DNA of 64,000 nucleotides from Ignavibacteriota bacterium (GTDB taxonomy: Bacteria; Bacteroidota; Ignavibacteria; UBA10030; SZUA-254), in contig JACREZ010000032.1 of assembly GCA_016212665.1 (NCBI GenBank), positions 65,566-129,565 on the forward strand, in the 5' to 3' direction. Below the pieces are notes generated by a model. The model ran no database searches and was not told the origin of the DNA. It saw only the letters and a list, made by a program, of their open reading frames with translations. Position 1 is the first letter of the stretch. Every line of letters begins with the position of its first letter. Position numbers and translations under genes: made by a program. Positions 17,589-27,115 of this stretch are shown one piece after another.

Positions 17589-20441
17589 TTATCCGTGGTG
17601 AATAAAATTAGCAACATCCTTCAACACCTCATCCAACTTCCCGACATCCTTCCCGCCTGCAGTTGCGAGATGTGGTCGTCCGCCGCCGCCGCCGCCGAGT
17701 TTCTTCGCAATCTCTCCGACGATTTTCCCTGCCTGTAATTTTTTCTCTTTGATGAGGTCATCAGTAACAACACAAACAAGCGAGACTTTTTCATCAATCA
17801 CAGATGCAAGTACACCAACGCCGGAGCCAAGTTTCGAGCGAAGTGTATCTCCGATGTTTTTCAACTCGTCAGCGGTTGAAACTTCAATCTTCGCCGCAAC
17901 GACTTTGAACCCGGCAACTTCACTTCCACCGCTAACAAGTGCATCGATATTTGATGACGCTTCCTTCACACGCTGCTTACTTAGTTCTTTCTTCAGATCA
18001 TGAGTTGATTTTGTAACCTGCTCGATTGTATGTTCCCTCACTTTGATTGCATGTTCAACCAACTCAATATCTTTTGCAGTCGGTGATTCTGTCGAAAGTG
18101 AAACAGTACCCAATGTAGGTCGAGACGCTGTCTCGACTCGCGCATTACCAAGTTGCTTCTCAAGTTCTTCTTTCTCCTCAATCAACTTGGAAATCTGCTC
18201 ATCCATCTGCCCGACTTTCTCAATCTGCTTTTGGATGTGCTGTTTCAATCCATCTCCCGTTACCGCTTCGACACGACGAACTCCACTTGCAACACTTCCT
18301 TCTGAAATAATTTTGAACAAGCCAATCTCACGCGTGTTTTTCACGTGCGTTCCGCCGCACAGTTCGACCGAAAATTTCGGGTCAATTTCAACAACACGAA
18401 CTGTGTCTCCATATTTTTCACCGAAGAACATTTTTAATTTCGGGTAACGACGTTTCGCTTCTTCGATGGACAACCAATCCTTCGGGTCGTTCAGTGCGTT
18501 GACGGTGATGTTCTCAGCAATCTTCTCATTAACGATTTCTTCAATTGCTTTAATTTGGTCTGCTGTCAGTTTTTCAAAATGATTGAAATCGAACCGCAAA
18601 TAATCCGGTGCGACAAGCGAACCTTGTTGATGCGAATGTTCACCAATCACCTGACGCAATGCTTCATGGAAGATGTGTGTGGCTGTGTGGTTCTTCTCAA
18701 TATTTCGACGTCTATCAGAATCAATTTTTACCTTTACTTCAAGGTGGATTATTCTGTTATCATAGCCTTGTATAAATAGGTCTGGAGTCTGTATTTTATG
18801 GATATACTGTCCAATATCTTTAAATGTGTCAGTGACCAAATAAGTTCTTGTACTAACATCTTGTGACCTAATTTGAAACGGCTCCACGGGTACATTTGAT
18901 ATTTCTATTATTCCAGTATCACCAACTTGACCTCCTGATTCGGCATAAAAAGGGGTTTCATCTAGAAAAACTCCTATGAATTTTGCATCAACATCACGGG
19001 CAAAACCCGCTACCCTTGTTATTAATTCATCTTTAACATATCCTGAGAAACGAATAGGTTGAGTTGTAGTACCATGACCCATTAGGGAAGCAGTTTTATG
19101 TTTCGATGCCCTTCCACGTTCCTTCTGTTCCTCCATCAACTCTTCAAACTTTGCACTATCAACCTCCAACATATTTTCCCGCGCCATCATCTCCGTCATA
19201 TCAATCGGGAAACCAAACGTGTCATGCAATTTGAAAGCAACTTCACCGGAAAAAATATTCTCCCCTGCACTCTTGCATCTCTGCACTTCTGCACTATGTA
19301 ATTCTATTCCTCTATCCAACGTAACATTAAAACTTTCCTCTTCCCCTTTAATCACTCGTTCAATATGCGATTGCTTCTCCTTAATCTCAGGATACTGTTC
19401 ACCCATCGAATCAACAACTGCCTGAACTACTTTGTAAATAAACGGCTCCCGCATTCCAAGATTTCTACCAAAGCGCGCGGCACGGCGGAGAATTCTTCGC
19501 ATCACATATCCGCGCCCTTCATTCGATGGAATTCCACCGTCGGCAATCGAAAAGGATAACATGCGGACGTGGTCAGCAATCACTCTCATAGCAATATCTA
19601 TCTCTGTCTGATGAGAGTTTTGAGAATCACTGCTCACCGCTCCCTGCTCACCGCTGTAGGGTTTTCCTGTCAACTCAGCAATCCGAGCAATGATTGGAGA
19701 AAACACATCCGTATCATAATTCGATTTCTTCTTTTGAAGCACCGCACAAATGCGCTCGAAACCCATTCCCGTATCAACATGCTTTGCCGGAAGCGGCGTT
19801 AAGTTTCCACTTGAATCCCGGTTGTATTGGATGAAAACAAGATTCCAGATTTCCATCACACGCGGGTCGCCAGCATTCACCAAATGTCCGCCTGATAAAT
19901 CCTCTGTCAAATCAACATGGATTTCCGAGCAGGGACCGCATGGACCGGTTTCACCCATCTCCCAGAAATTATCCTTCTTTCCGCAACGATGAATGTGCGA
20001 GTGTTCAATGTCGGTAACGGACTTCCAAAGTTGTTCTGCTTCGTCATCAGTTTCAAATACCGTAGCATGAAGCCGCTTTTTATCAAGTCCCCAAACCTGC
20101 GTAAGTAACTCCCACGCCCATTCGATTGCTTCCTTCTTGTAGTAATCGCCGAACGACCAGTTGCCGAGCATTTCAAAAAACGTGTGATGATATGTGTCGC
20201 GTCCAACCTCTTCAAGGTCGTTGTGCTTGCCGCTGACGCGAATACACTTTTGAGAATCCGCTGACCGAACGTAGTCCCGTTTTCCCGTTCCGAGAAATAC
20301 GTCTTTGAACTGGTTCATGCCCGCATTGGTAAAAAGCAACGTCGGGTCGTCGTATGGAATAACTGATGCGCTCGGAACAATCGTATGTCCGCGCTGTTTA
20401 AAGAACTCTAAAAATTGTTGTCTGATTTCTTTGGATGTCAT
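17589..20441 (-). CDS. alaS: alanine--tRNA ligase
   Basis: Class-II catalytic core (FTNAGMNQFK, HHTFFEMLGNWSFGDYYK), editing-domain HxxxH (HTATHIFHEAL) and a C-terminal DHHA1-like tail with GGGGGGRP. Confidence 0.9.
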   Translation of the reverse strand: MTSKEIRQQFLEFFKQRGHTIVPSASVIPYDDPTLLFTNAGMNQFKDVFLGTGKRDYVRSADSQKCIRVSGKHNDLEEVGRDTYHHTFFEMLGNWSFGDYYKKEAIEWAWELLTQVWGLDKKRLHATVFETDDEAEQLWKSVTDIEHSHIHRCGKKDNFWEMGETGPCGPCSEIHVDLTEDLSGGHLVNAGDPRVMEIWNLVFIQYNRDSSGNLTPLPAKHVDTGMGFERICAVLQKKKSNYDTDVFSPIIARIAELTGKPYSGEQGAVSSDSQNSHQTEIDIAMRVIADHVRMLSFSIADGGIPSNEGRGYVMRRILRRAARFGRNLGMREPFIYKVVQAVVDSMGEQYPEIKEKQSHIERVIKGEEESFNVTLDRGIELHSAEVQRCKSAGENIFSGEVAFKLHDTFGFPIDMTEMMARENMLEVDSAKFEELMEEQKERGRASKHKTASLMGHGTTTQPIRFSGYVKDELITRVAGFARDVDAKFIGVFLDETPFYAESGGQVGDTGIIEISNVPVEPFQIRSQDVSTRTYLVTDTFKDIGQYIHKIQTPDLFIQGYDNRIIHLEVKVKIDSDRRRNIEKNHTATHIFHEALRQVIGEHSHQQGSLVAPDYLRFDFNHFEKLTADQIKAIEEIVNEKIAENITVNALNDPKDWLSIEEAKRRYPKLKMFFGEKYGDTVRVVEIDPKFSVELCGGTHVKNTREIGLFKIISEGSVASGVRRVEAVTGDGLKQHIQKQIEKVGQMDEQISKLIEEKEELEKQLGNARVETASRPTLGTVSLSTESPTAKDIELVEHAIKVREHTIEQVTKSTHDLKKELSKQRVKEASSNIDALVSGGSEVAGFKVVAAKIEVSTADELKNIGDTLRSKLGSGVGVLASVIDEKVSLVCVVTDDLIKEKKLQAGKIVGEIAKKLGGGGGGRPHLATAGGKDVGKLDEVLKDVANFIHHG

Positions 20442-20677
20442 TTTCTCATTAGTTTTGGATATTTCTTTGGGTCAAAATACTTTTTGCCGTCCTTACTCAT
20501 TGTCCAAACATCGCTTATCTCTCTCATTTCGGGTAACACCTGCCCCGCTTCGGATTTCAAAATCAAAGATGTTTTCATTCTTCTTCGAAATTTCTTATGA
20601 GCGATATGTTTATCCTTCTTTTCAGATTCGGCAGTCGTGATACCTCTTATTGGAGTTTTTCTCCTCGAACGACTCAT
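20438..20677 (-). CDS. small highly basic hypothetical protein, translationally coupled to alaS
   Basis: 79 aa, Lys/Arg-rich (MSRSRRKTPIRGITT...KKFRRRMK). Its stop overlaps the alaS start as ATGA. Confidence 0.45.
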   Translation of the reverse strand: MSRSRRKTPIRGITTAESEKKDKHIAHKKFRRRMKTSLILKSEAGQVLPEMREISDVWTMSKDGKKYFDPKKYPKLMRK

Positions 20678-20684
20678 AACATTC

Positions 20685-20987
20685 TTACACTTCTATCTGT
20701 GTATGCAAACCAATCTCTTCCAGCACACCGCTCACGCGGATACAATTCGGCATATCCCCTTCAAACACGGCTGATTTACCTCTTGAATGAACTTCCCATG
20801 CAATCGCGTTTGCACGTATGGAGTCGCAGTGAATCGCTTTGATAAGTTGTCCGATGACTTCATCGAATGAGTGAATATCATCATTAAAGAGTATTACCCG
20901 GGATGGCAAATCCATTCCGATTCCGATATCTTCTTCAAGTTCAGTATCGGTTTCGACTACGGAGTTATAAACGGCTGTGGTGTTCAT
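20685..20987 (-). CDS. clpS: ATP-dependent Clp protease adaptor ClpS
   Basis: ClpS core RVILFNDDIHSFDEVIGQLIKA...HSRGKSAVFEG, about 100 aa. Confidence 0.8.
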   Translation of the reverse strand: MNTTAVYNSVVETDTELEEDIGIGMDLPSRVILFNDDIHSFDEVIGQLIKAIHCDSIRANAIAWEVHSRGKSAVFEGDMPNCIRVSGVLEEIGLHTQIEV

Positions 20988-21089
20988 TGGTTAATCGTGT
21001 CCAATTTAATCAAACTTGAGTCACTTTTCCAAAATGACTTTTTCGTTCTTCTTTTAAAATGTCATGTCGCCTGACATTGTTTTTCTCTC

Positions 21090-24000
21090 ATGTTTGAAAT
21101 ATATTCTTGGCACATGAAACTATATCATCAAACAAAATTTTTGTTCAGCGTTGCATCCTCAATCGTATGCTTCGTACTTGCGTTCTTTATTATCATTCAA
21201 AACTCAAACTCATTCAAAAACGAACAGGAGGAAGAAGGTCACGCGCTTGACGCGTTCAACTGGTGGTATGGTCAACGGGAAAATTCAGATGGGATGATTG
21301 CATCGCAATCGCTATTGAAGGCTCATCGGTACGCATCAAGCAAAATGAAACGAGAGGAAACCAAACGACAACCGAATGGCAAAACAGTTCAATGGGAATC
21401 TATCGGACCGAACAACGTAGGCGGGCGGATTCTTTCGCTCGCAATTGACCCATCAAACACAAACATCCTTTGGGCAGGCTCTGCAAGCGGTGGATTATGG
21501 AAATCAACCACAAAAGGAATTGGCGCTGATGCATGGGAGTACGTCAACACTGGCTTCCCGACAATCTCCATCAGCGCAATCACGATTGACCCGGCAAATC
21601 CGAATGTCATGTACATCGGGACAGGTGAAATCAGTTATTATCATTTTCCGTTGATAGGAACTCCGGGAGCGAGAGCATCATACGGAATGGGAATTTTGAA
21701 ATCAACAGACGCAGGCGCAACATGGAACACAACTCCTCTCACATTTACTTTTTCTCAAATCACGGCAATTCAAAAAATTGTTCTCAACCCGCTCAACACA
21801 AACACCGTGTACGTTGCTACGAGTGAAGGTGTTTACAAAAGCGCCGATGCAGGACAAACATGGAGCGTTTCCAACTCAGTCGTGATGACAATGGATTTGG
21901 TGATGAGTCCTTCCGATACTTCGTTGTTGATTTCTTCTCACGGCAACTTAAACTCGTCCCCCAATCCGGGAATGTACCGAACTACCGATGCGGGTGCAAC
22001 GTGGACGCTCATTACAAATTATTCTCCGACATTCTCTGACTTTGGAAGAACTGCTCTCGCGTTCTCTCCATCAAATCCACAAATAGTGTACGCGGGAATC
22101 AGTAGTGGTTCAACACGTACGCTTCTCGGTTTATATAAATCATCAGATAGTGGAATTTCCTGGACGAAAGTTTCATCTACTAATTATGTCGGCTCGCAGG
22201 GCTGGTACAATAATGTTGTCGCCGTAAACCCACAAGATGAAAACGTTGTGTATTGCAGTGGAATTGATTTGTATGAATCAATCTCCGGCGGAGCGAACCT
22301 CACACGAAAAACAGATTGGACACATGGCTACATGTATTACATCGCGCCGGGTGGAATTGAAGGCGACTCACTCTATGCTCACGCAGACCATCATGCAATT
22401 GCCATTGACCCAACCGACCCGAATATCATTTATGCAGGAACTGATGGTGGCGTATTTCAATCAACGGATGGAGGCGAAACTTTCTCCGGAAGAAACGGCG
22501 GACTCGTCACGACACAGTTTTATCCCGGCTTTGCAAATTCTTTTTTGAATGAAAACATCGCGTTCGGTGGATTGCAGGATAACGGAGTGCTAAAATATCT
22601 CGGAACCACTGCATGGAACAAAGTTGACGGCGGCGATGGCGGTTGGTGCGCAGTTGACCCGCGAAGCGATAACATTGTCTTTGATGAATATGTCTATCTG
22701 ACAATTTCGAAATCAACAAATGGCGGCTTAACATTCCGAAGTATTTCTGCAAGTCTTCCAACCGGTTCGAGTAATGCAAACTTCATCGCGCCGTTTGTTA
22801 TTAGCCCTTCCAATCCTGATATTTTGTATGCAGGTACAAAGGTGGTGTATAAAACAACCAACGGCGGCGACTCATGGTTTGCAACCAATGGCGGAAACTG
22901 GTTTAACGGAACACAAGTCTCGGCAATCGGCGTTTCGTGGTTGAGTTCAGATACATTGATGGCGTCAACAGGAACAGGAAGTTACAACTCATCCCCTTTC
23001 TTTCAGATTTTCGTTTCAACCAACGGCGGACAAAATTGGTCGAACGTAACCGGCTCACTTCCCAATCGCTATCCGACCGATATTCATTTTGATTATTCAA
23101 ACAGCAAAACTGTTTTCCTGACATACTCCGGCTACGGAACTTCTCATGTTTTCAAGACGACAAACTTAGGACAAACGTGGCTCAACCTGACCTCAAACCT
23201 TCCCGATGTTCCGACGCAATCCATTGTCACCGACCCGGAAAACCCGGAAGATATTTTTGTAGGAACTGACCTTGGAATCTATCACTCTTCCGATGGCGGA
23301 GAATTCTGGAACGACTTCAATGCAGGAATGCCCCTCACGATGATAACTGATGTCACCATTTCAAACATCACCGGAATACTTCGGGCATCAACGTTCGGGA
23401 ACGGCTTGTACCAACGCTCGCTTCCGAGAGTTCCTGTTCTCAATCTCAAGTATCCAAAAAACGGTGAGACACTTATTGCCGGAAAAGAATATCAAATCAA
23501 ATGGACGCAAAGATATTGCTCGAATGTTGACATCGAATATTCATCCAACAACGGAACCGATTGGCAAACAATCGCATCAAATCTTCCTGCGAACACGGAC
23601 TCACTCAGTTGGACAGTTCCGTTTGATTCGACTGAGACTGCGAAACTCCGGTTCATTCATCTCAGCGATAGTTCCGTCATTGATTCAACTCAATATTTTT
23701 CGATTATCATCGCACCGCATGTGCTCAGCGATTGGAACTTGGTCTCCCTTCACCTCTCTGTAAATGATGCGTCGAAGTTGAACCTCTTCCCTACCGCCTT
23801 GAGCGAAGCATATCGTTTCGAACAAGGATATAAAATCAGTGACACACTGTACAATGGTTTCGGCTACTGGTTGAAATTTGAAAAACCGCAACATGTATTT
23901 ATTGCAGGCGATTCTATCTTCACAGATACCGTACAGGTTAATGCGCGATGGAATATTATCGGTTCGCTCTCCGTTCCGATTTCTGTCAACCAAATTACCG

Positions 24001-24815
24001 AGAGTGTTTCCGGATTGACAACGTCTGCTATCTTCGGTTATGAAGATGGTTACTACATTACCGACACCATTAAACCGATGCACGGATATTGGGTGAAAGC
24101 ATTACAGGCAGGAGAACTGATTCTTTCTCAATCGAACATAGTATTTCCAAAATCTTTGAGTGTGAAGGAACAATTAGAACAACTCAACTCACTCACATTT
24201 GAAGACGCACGGGGAAAGAAACAAACACTCTATTTCGGAACTACGTCATCAAAATTCAACAGTAATCAATTCGAGATGCCCCCCACTCCTCCCGGCGGCG
24301 CATTCGATGTCCGATACTCCACCAACAAGTTCGTCACATTGTTTGATAAAACACATCCGGCAGAAATTCCCATCCATATTTCTTCAGAACACTATCCAAT
24401 CAAAGTCTCATCAAAAATTATTGACGCTTCCCAAAACATCTCCGTAGTAATTGATGGATCAAAAACTCAATTAACATCAATAACCAATGTACAAATCGTC
24501 AATCGTCAATCGTCAATCTCAATCATCAATACTACTTCTCCCGATCTCCCTAAGCAAGTAGTTTTGAATCAGAACTATCCCAACCCCTTTAATCCATTGA
24601 CAATTATCAATTATCAATTATCAATTCACAATTATGTAACATTAAAGGTGTATGATATTCTTGGAAAAGAAATTGCAACCTTAGTTGATGGAAAACAAGA
24701 AGCAGGTTCTCACTCAATCAAATTCGATGCAAAGAATCTCGCATCCGGAATTTATTTGTACAAACTAACGGTCGGTTCGTTCACCGAAACAAGGCGGATG
24801 ATAGTATTAAAATAA
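21090..24815 (+). CDS. T9SS C-terminal-sorting-domain protein with multiple BNR/Asp-box beta-propeller repeats (paralogue of 4212..7634)
   Basis: N-terminal signal-anchor, many S/TxDxGxTW repeats, a shared middle module (WNLVSLH, GYWLKF, FEMPPTPPGGAFDVRY) and the C-terminal T9SS domain KVYDILGKEIATLVDG...GIYLYKLT. Confidence 0.85.
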   Translation: MFEIYSWHMKLYHQTKFLFSVASSIVCFVLAFFIIIQNSNSFKNEQEEEGHALDAFNWWYGQRENSDGMIASQSLLKAHRYASSKMKREETKRQPNGKTVQWESIGPNNVGGRILSLAIDPSNTNILWAGSASGGLWKSTTKGIGADAWEYVNTGFPTISISAITIDPANPNVMYIGTGEISYYHFPLIGTPGARASYGMGILKSTDAGATWNTTPLTFTFSQITAIQKIVLNPLNTNTVYVATSEGVYKSADAGQTWSVSNSVVMTMDLVMSPSDTSLLISSHGNLNSSPNPGMYRTTDAGATWTLITNYSPTFSDFGRTALAFSPSNPQIVYAGISSGSTRTLLGLYKSSDSGISWTKVSSTNYVGSQGWYNNVVAVNPQDENVVYCSGIDLYESISGGANLTRKTDWTHGYMYYIAPGGIEGDSLYAHADHHAIAIDPTDPNIIYAGTDGGVFQSTDGGETFSGRNGGLVTTQFYPGFANSFLNENIAFGGLQDNGVLKYLGTTAWNKVDGGDGGWCAVDPRSDNIVFDEYVYLTISKSTNGGLTFRSISASLPTGSSNANFIAPFVISPSNPDILYAGTKVVYKTTNGGDSWFATNGGNWFNGTQVSAIGVSWLSSDTLMASTGTGSYNSSPFFQIFVSTNGGQNWSNVTGSLPNRYPTDIHFDYSNSKTVFLTYSGYGTSHVFKTTNLGQTWLNLTSNLPDVPTQSIVTDPENPEDIFVGTDLGIYHSSDGGEFWNDFNAGMPLTMITDVTISNITGILRASTFGNGLYQRSLPRVPVLNLKYPKNGETLIAGKEYQIKWTQRYCSNVDIEYSSNNGTDWQTIASNLPANTDSLSWTVPFDSTETAKLRFIHLSDSSVIDSTQYFSIIIAPHVLSDWNLVSLHLSVNDASKLNLFPTALSEAYRFEQGYKISDTLYNGFGYWLKFEKPQHVFIAGDSIFTDTVQVNARWNIIGSLSVPISVNQITESVSGLTTSAIFGYEDGYYITDTIKPMHGYWVKALQAGELILSQSNIVFPKSLSVKEQLEQLNSLTFEDARGKKQTLYFGTTSSKFNSNQFEMPPTPPGGAFDVRYSTNKFVTLFDKTHPAEIPIHISSEHYPIKVSSKIIDASQNISVVIDGSKTQLTSITNVQIVNRQSSISIINTTSPDLPKQVVLNQNYPNPFNPLTIINYQLSIHNYVTLKVYDILGKEIATLVDGKQEAGSHSIKFDAKNLASGIYLYKLTVGSFTETRRMIVLK

Positions 24816-24995
24816 ATATTCCCCCTTTGAAGAGCCTGTCCCGAATTTATTTCGGGAGGGGCAGGTCTACGACTCGTAGAGGGGATGTCACACCAATGAA
24901 AAACAAAATTATTCCATCTCCGAATCTTGAAAATAGAATGGATATTTGTTATACTGTCACAGAACAACAAACATGTCTTCAAAAAAACATATTAC
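24745..24995. repeat. left copy of a 250-bp direct repeat (3' end of the T9SS sorting-domain ORF plus a nested palindromic element)
   Basis: About 95% identical to 26795..27045 over the core attccccctttgaagagcctgtcccgaattta...ggatatttgttatact. The 5' portion encodes ...GSFTETRRMIVLK*. Confidence 0.8.
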
Positions 24996-25084
24996 GTAAA
25001 TCATACTTGCGTAGTTAGCAGTCATACTAAAAGACATCACAGTTATAACAAAACACTACTTTTGAAACAACATTAATATTCTTT

Positions 25085-26281
25085 TTGTACCTTCGACATT
25101 CAATGGCAGACAAGGCATACATAACCCCAAACGTTTTTAAATGGGCAAGAGAATCGGCAAGAATGTCCGAAGAAACTGCTGCTGCAAAAGTTTCTGTATC
25201 TGTCGACAAACTGAAAGAATGGGAAACAGGAACTAACCAACCTACCATTAGACAAGCACAAACCTTGGCAAAAGCTTACAAAAGACCTTTTGCTTTATTC
25301 TTTTTACCGGAAATTCCAAAAGACTTTCAGCCTCTTCAAGACTTCAGAAAGAGTGGCTCAAAATCATTAAGCACTGCTTCAGTATTTATTATCCGTGAGA
25401 TTCAACAAAAACAATCATGGATAAGTGAACTGAATGAAGAAAATAATGAAAATAAAATTCCATTTGTCGGCAGATTTTCAATTAAAGACAATCCGGTAAA
25501 TGTTGCAAATGATATATTAAATACATTTGGCATTACCCCGGCTAACTACAAAACTGAAAATCCAATTAAAGAATGGATAGACAAAGCAGAGTCGAACGGA
25601 GTATTCATTTCACGTACAAGTTTTATTCACTCACGACTTAAATTAGATTCAGAAGAAATTCAAGGTTTTGCAATTGCAGATCCTTTTGCACCCTTTGTTT
25701 TTATTAACTCTGACGATTGGAATGCACCACAATTATTCACACTTGTACATGAACTTGCACATCTTTGGATAGCTGAAACTGGTATTTCAAACAACATTGA
25801 ACCGGAAATTAAAAATAAAGATAAGTTTCACCCCATTGAGTTGTTTTGCAATGAAGTTGCTGCGCATGCTTTAATACCGGAAAACTTCATGAACAACATA
25901 AATAAAAACACTTTTGATAATTCAATGGAAGTTTTTAAGGTTGCAAAAAAATTAGGGGTTAGTTCATTTGCTTTTTTAGTGAGAGCGTTAAACCTCAATC
26001 TTATTTCAATCAGTGTTTATCAAGCATTGAAGCGAGAAGCGGATGTTGAATACAACGCTTTTCTGAAAAGAGAAGCAGAAAATAAAGCAAAACAAAAGAA
26101 GAAAGAAAAACCCGGTGGTCCAAACTATTTTCTCTTACAACTTAATAGAAATAGTCGGCTATTTACTCAAACAGTTTTAGATGCGTTTCGTGGAGGTTTT
26201 ATTGAACCTACTCAAGCAAGTAATTTACTTAATGTTCGAGTCAATAAATTTCAAAAATTAGAGGCACAGTTATATAAATGA
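25085..26281 (+). CDS. XRE-type HTH fused to ImmA/IrrE-family Zn-metallopeptidase domain (COG2856-like)
   Basis: N-terminal HTH region followed by the HExxH motif VHELAHLW of the DUF955/ImmA peptidase fold. Confidence 0.75.
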   Translation: MYLRHSMADKAYITPNVFKWARESARMSEETAAAKVSVSVDKLKEWETGTNQPTIRQAQTLAKAYKRPFALFFLPEIPKDFQPLQDFRKSGSKSLSTASVFIIREIQQKQSWISELNEENNENKIPFVGRFSIKDNPVNVANDILNTFGITPANYKTENPIKEWIDKAESNGVFISRTSFIHSRLKLDSEEIQGFAIADPFAPFVFINSDDWNAPQLFTLVHELAHLWIAETGISNNIEPEIKNKDKFHPIELFCNEVAAHALIPENFMNNINKNTFDNSMEVFKVAKKLGVSSFAFLVRALNLNLISISVYQALKREADVEYNAFLKREAENKAKQKKKEKPGGPNYFLLQLNRNSRLFTQTVLDAFRGGFIEPTQASNLLNVRVNKFQKLEAQLYK

Positions 26282-26784
26282 GCACAAAGGCAGATTTATA
26301 TTGTTTAGATGCCAATGTACTTATTCAAGCTTGGCTAAAATACTATTCACCCAAATTTTGCTCCGAGTATTGGGATGTTCTTAATCAGTTGGGAATCCAA
26401 AAAAAGATTTTTCTCCCTGCGTTAGTTTATGAAGAAATAACTCGGACTGAAGATGACCTATCGCATTGGTTAAATAATAGTAACATCCCAATTCACAAAA
26501 TTGATGAACCTGTCACCAAATGTTTGCAATCCATATATTCTCAAAATCCTCTACACAAAAATTTAGTTGACAACACAAAGTCAAGGTCGTTAGCTGACCC
26601 TTGGTTGATAGCGCATGCAATGAATGAAAGTGCGACTGTTGTTACAAAAGAAGAAAAGGTTACTGCGCTTAATTCAAACAAAATAAAAATACCGAATGTA
26701 TGTGAAAACATGGCTGTAAGGTGCATTAACGACTTTGAATTTATAGACGAAATGAACATTAAGTTTTCATGTAAATTGCAGTGA
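26278..26784 (+). CDS. DUF4411-family PIN-like protein
   Basis: 168 aa starting MSTKADLYCLDANVLIQAW..., an acidic PIN-like core. It overlaps the upstream HTH-ImmA gene by 4 nt. This pairing is a known two-gene module. Confidence 0.6.
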   Translation: MSTKADLYCLDANVLIQAWLKYYSPKFCSEYWDVLNQLGIQKKIFLPALVYEEITRTEDDLSHWLNNSNIPIHKIDEPVTKCLQSIYSQNPLHKNLVDNTKSRSLADPWLIAHAMNESATVVTKEEKVTALNSNKIKIPNVCENMAVRCINDFEFIDEMNIKFSCKLQ

Positions 26785-26794
26785 TACGATACTC

Positions 26795-27045
26795 AGCAAA
26801 CCGCCAAACTCACATCCGGCTCGTTCACAGAAACAAAACGGATGTTGGTACTAAAATAAAAATTCCCCCTTTGAAGAGCCTGTCCCGAATTTAATCCGGG
26901 AGGGGCAGGTCTACGACTCGTAGAGGGGATGTCCCAACCATGAAAAACAAAATTATTCCATCTCCGAATCTTGAAAATAGAAAGGATATTTGTTATACTC
27001 ACACTCAATAATGAACACATTATTCAAAAACATATCACGTTTATC
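26795..27045. repeat. right copy of the 250-bp direct repeat, including a degenerate remnant of a sorting-domain 3' end (...GSFTETKRMLVLK*)
   Basis: See 24745..24995. Confidence 0.8.
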
Positions 27046-27115
27046 TTCCTTACTTTGAATAGATATACGGAATGCGTACTTACAGTAGTTATACGCCAGC
27101 ACGTGTCAGTGAGAA

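Noticed and set aside
17589-20441. Possible intein or large insertion in alaS (950 aa against about 875).
   Set aside because: Extra length is spread over a roughly 20-aa loop and a longer C-terminal coiled coil. No intein block motifs and no homing-endonuclease-like region.
24752-27020. Track ORFs 24752..24982 (-) and 26793..27020 (-), which encode similar 75-aa peptides.
   Set aside because: They are the same spurious frame inside the two copies of the direct repeat, running antisense to the T9SS gene 3' end.
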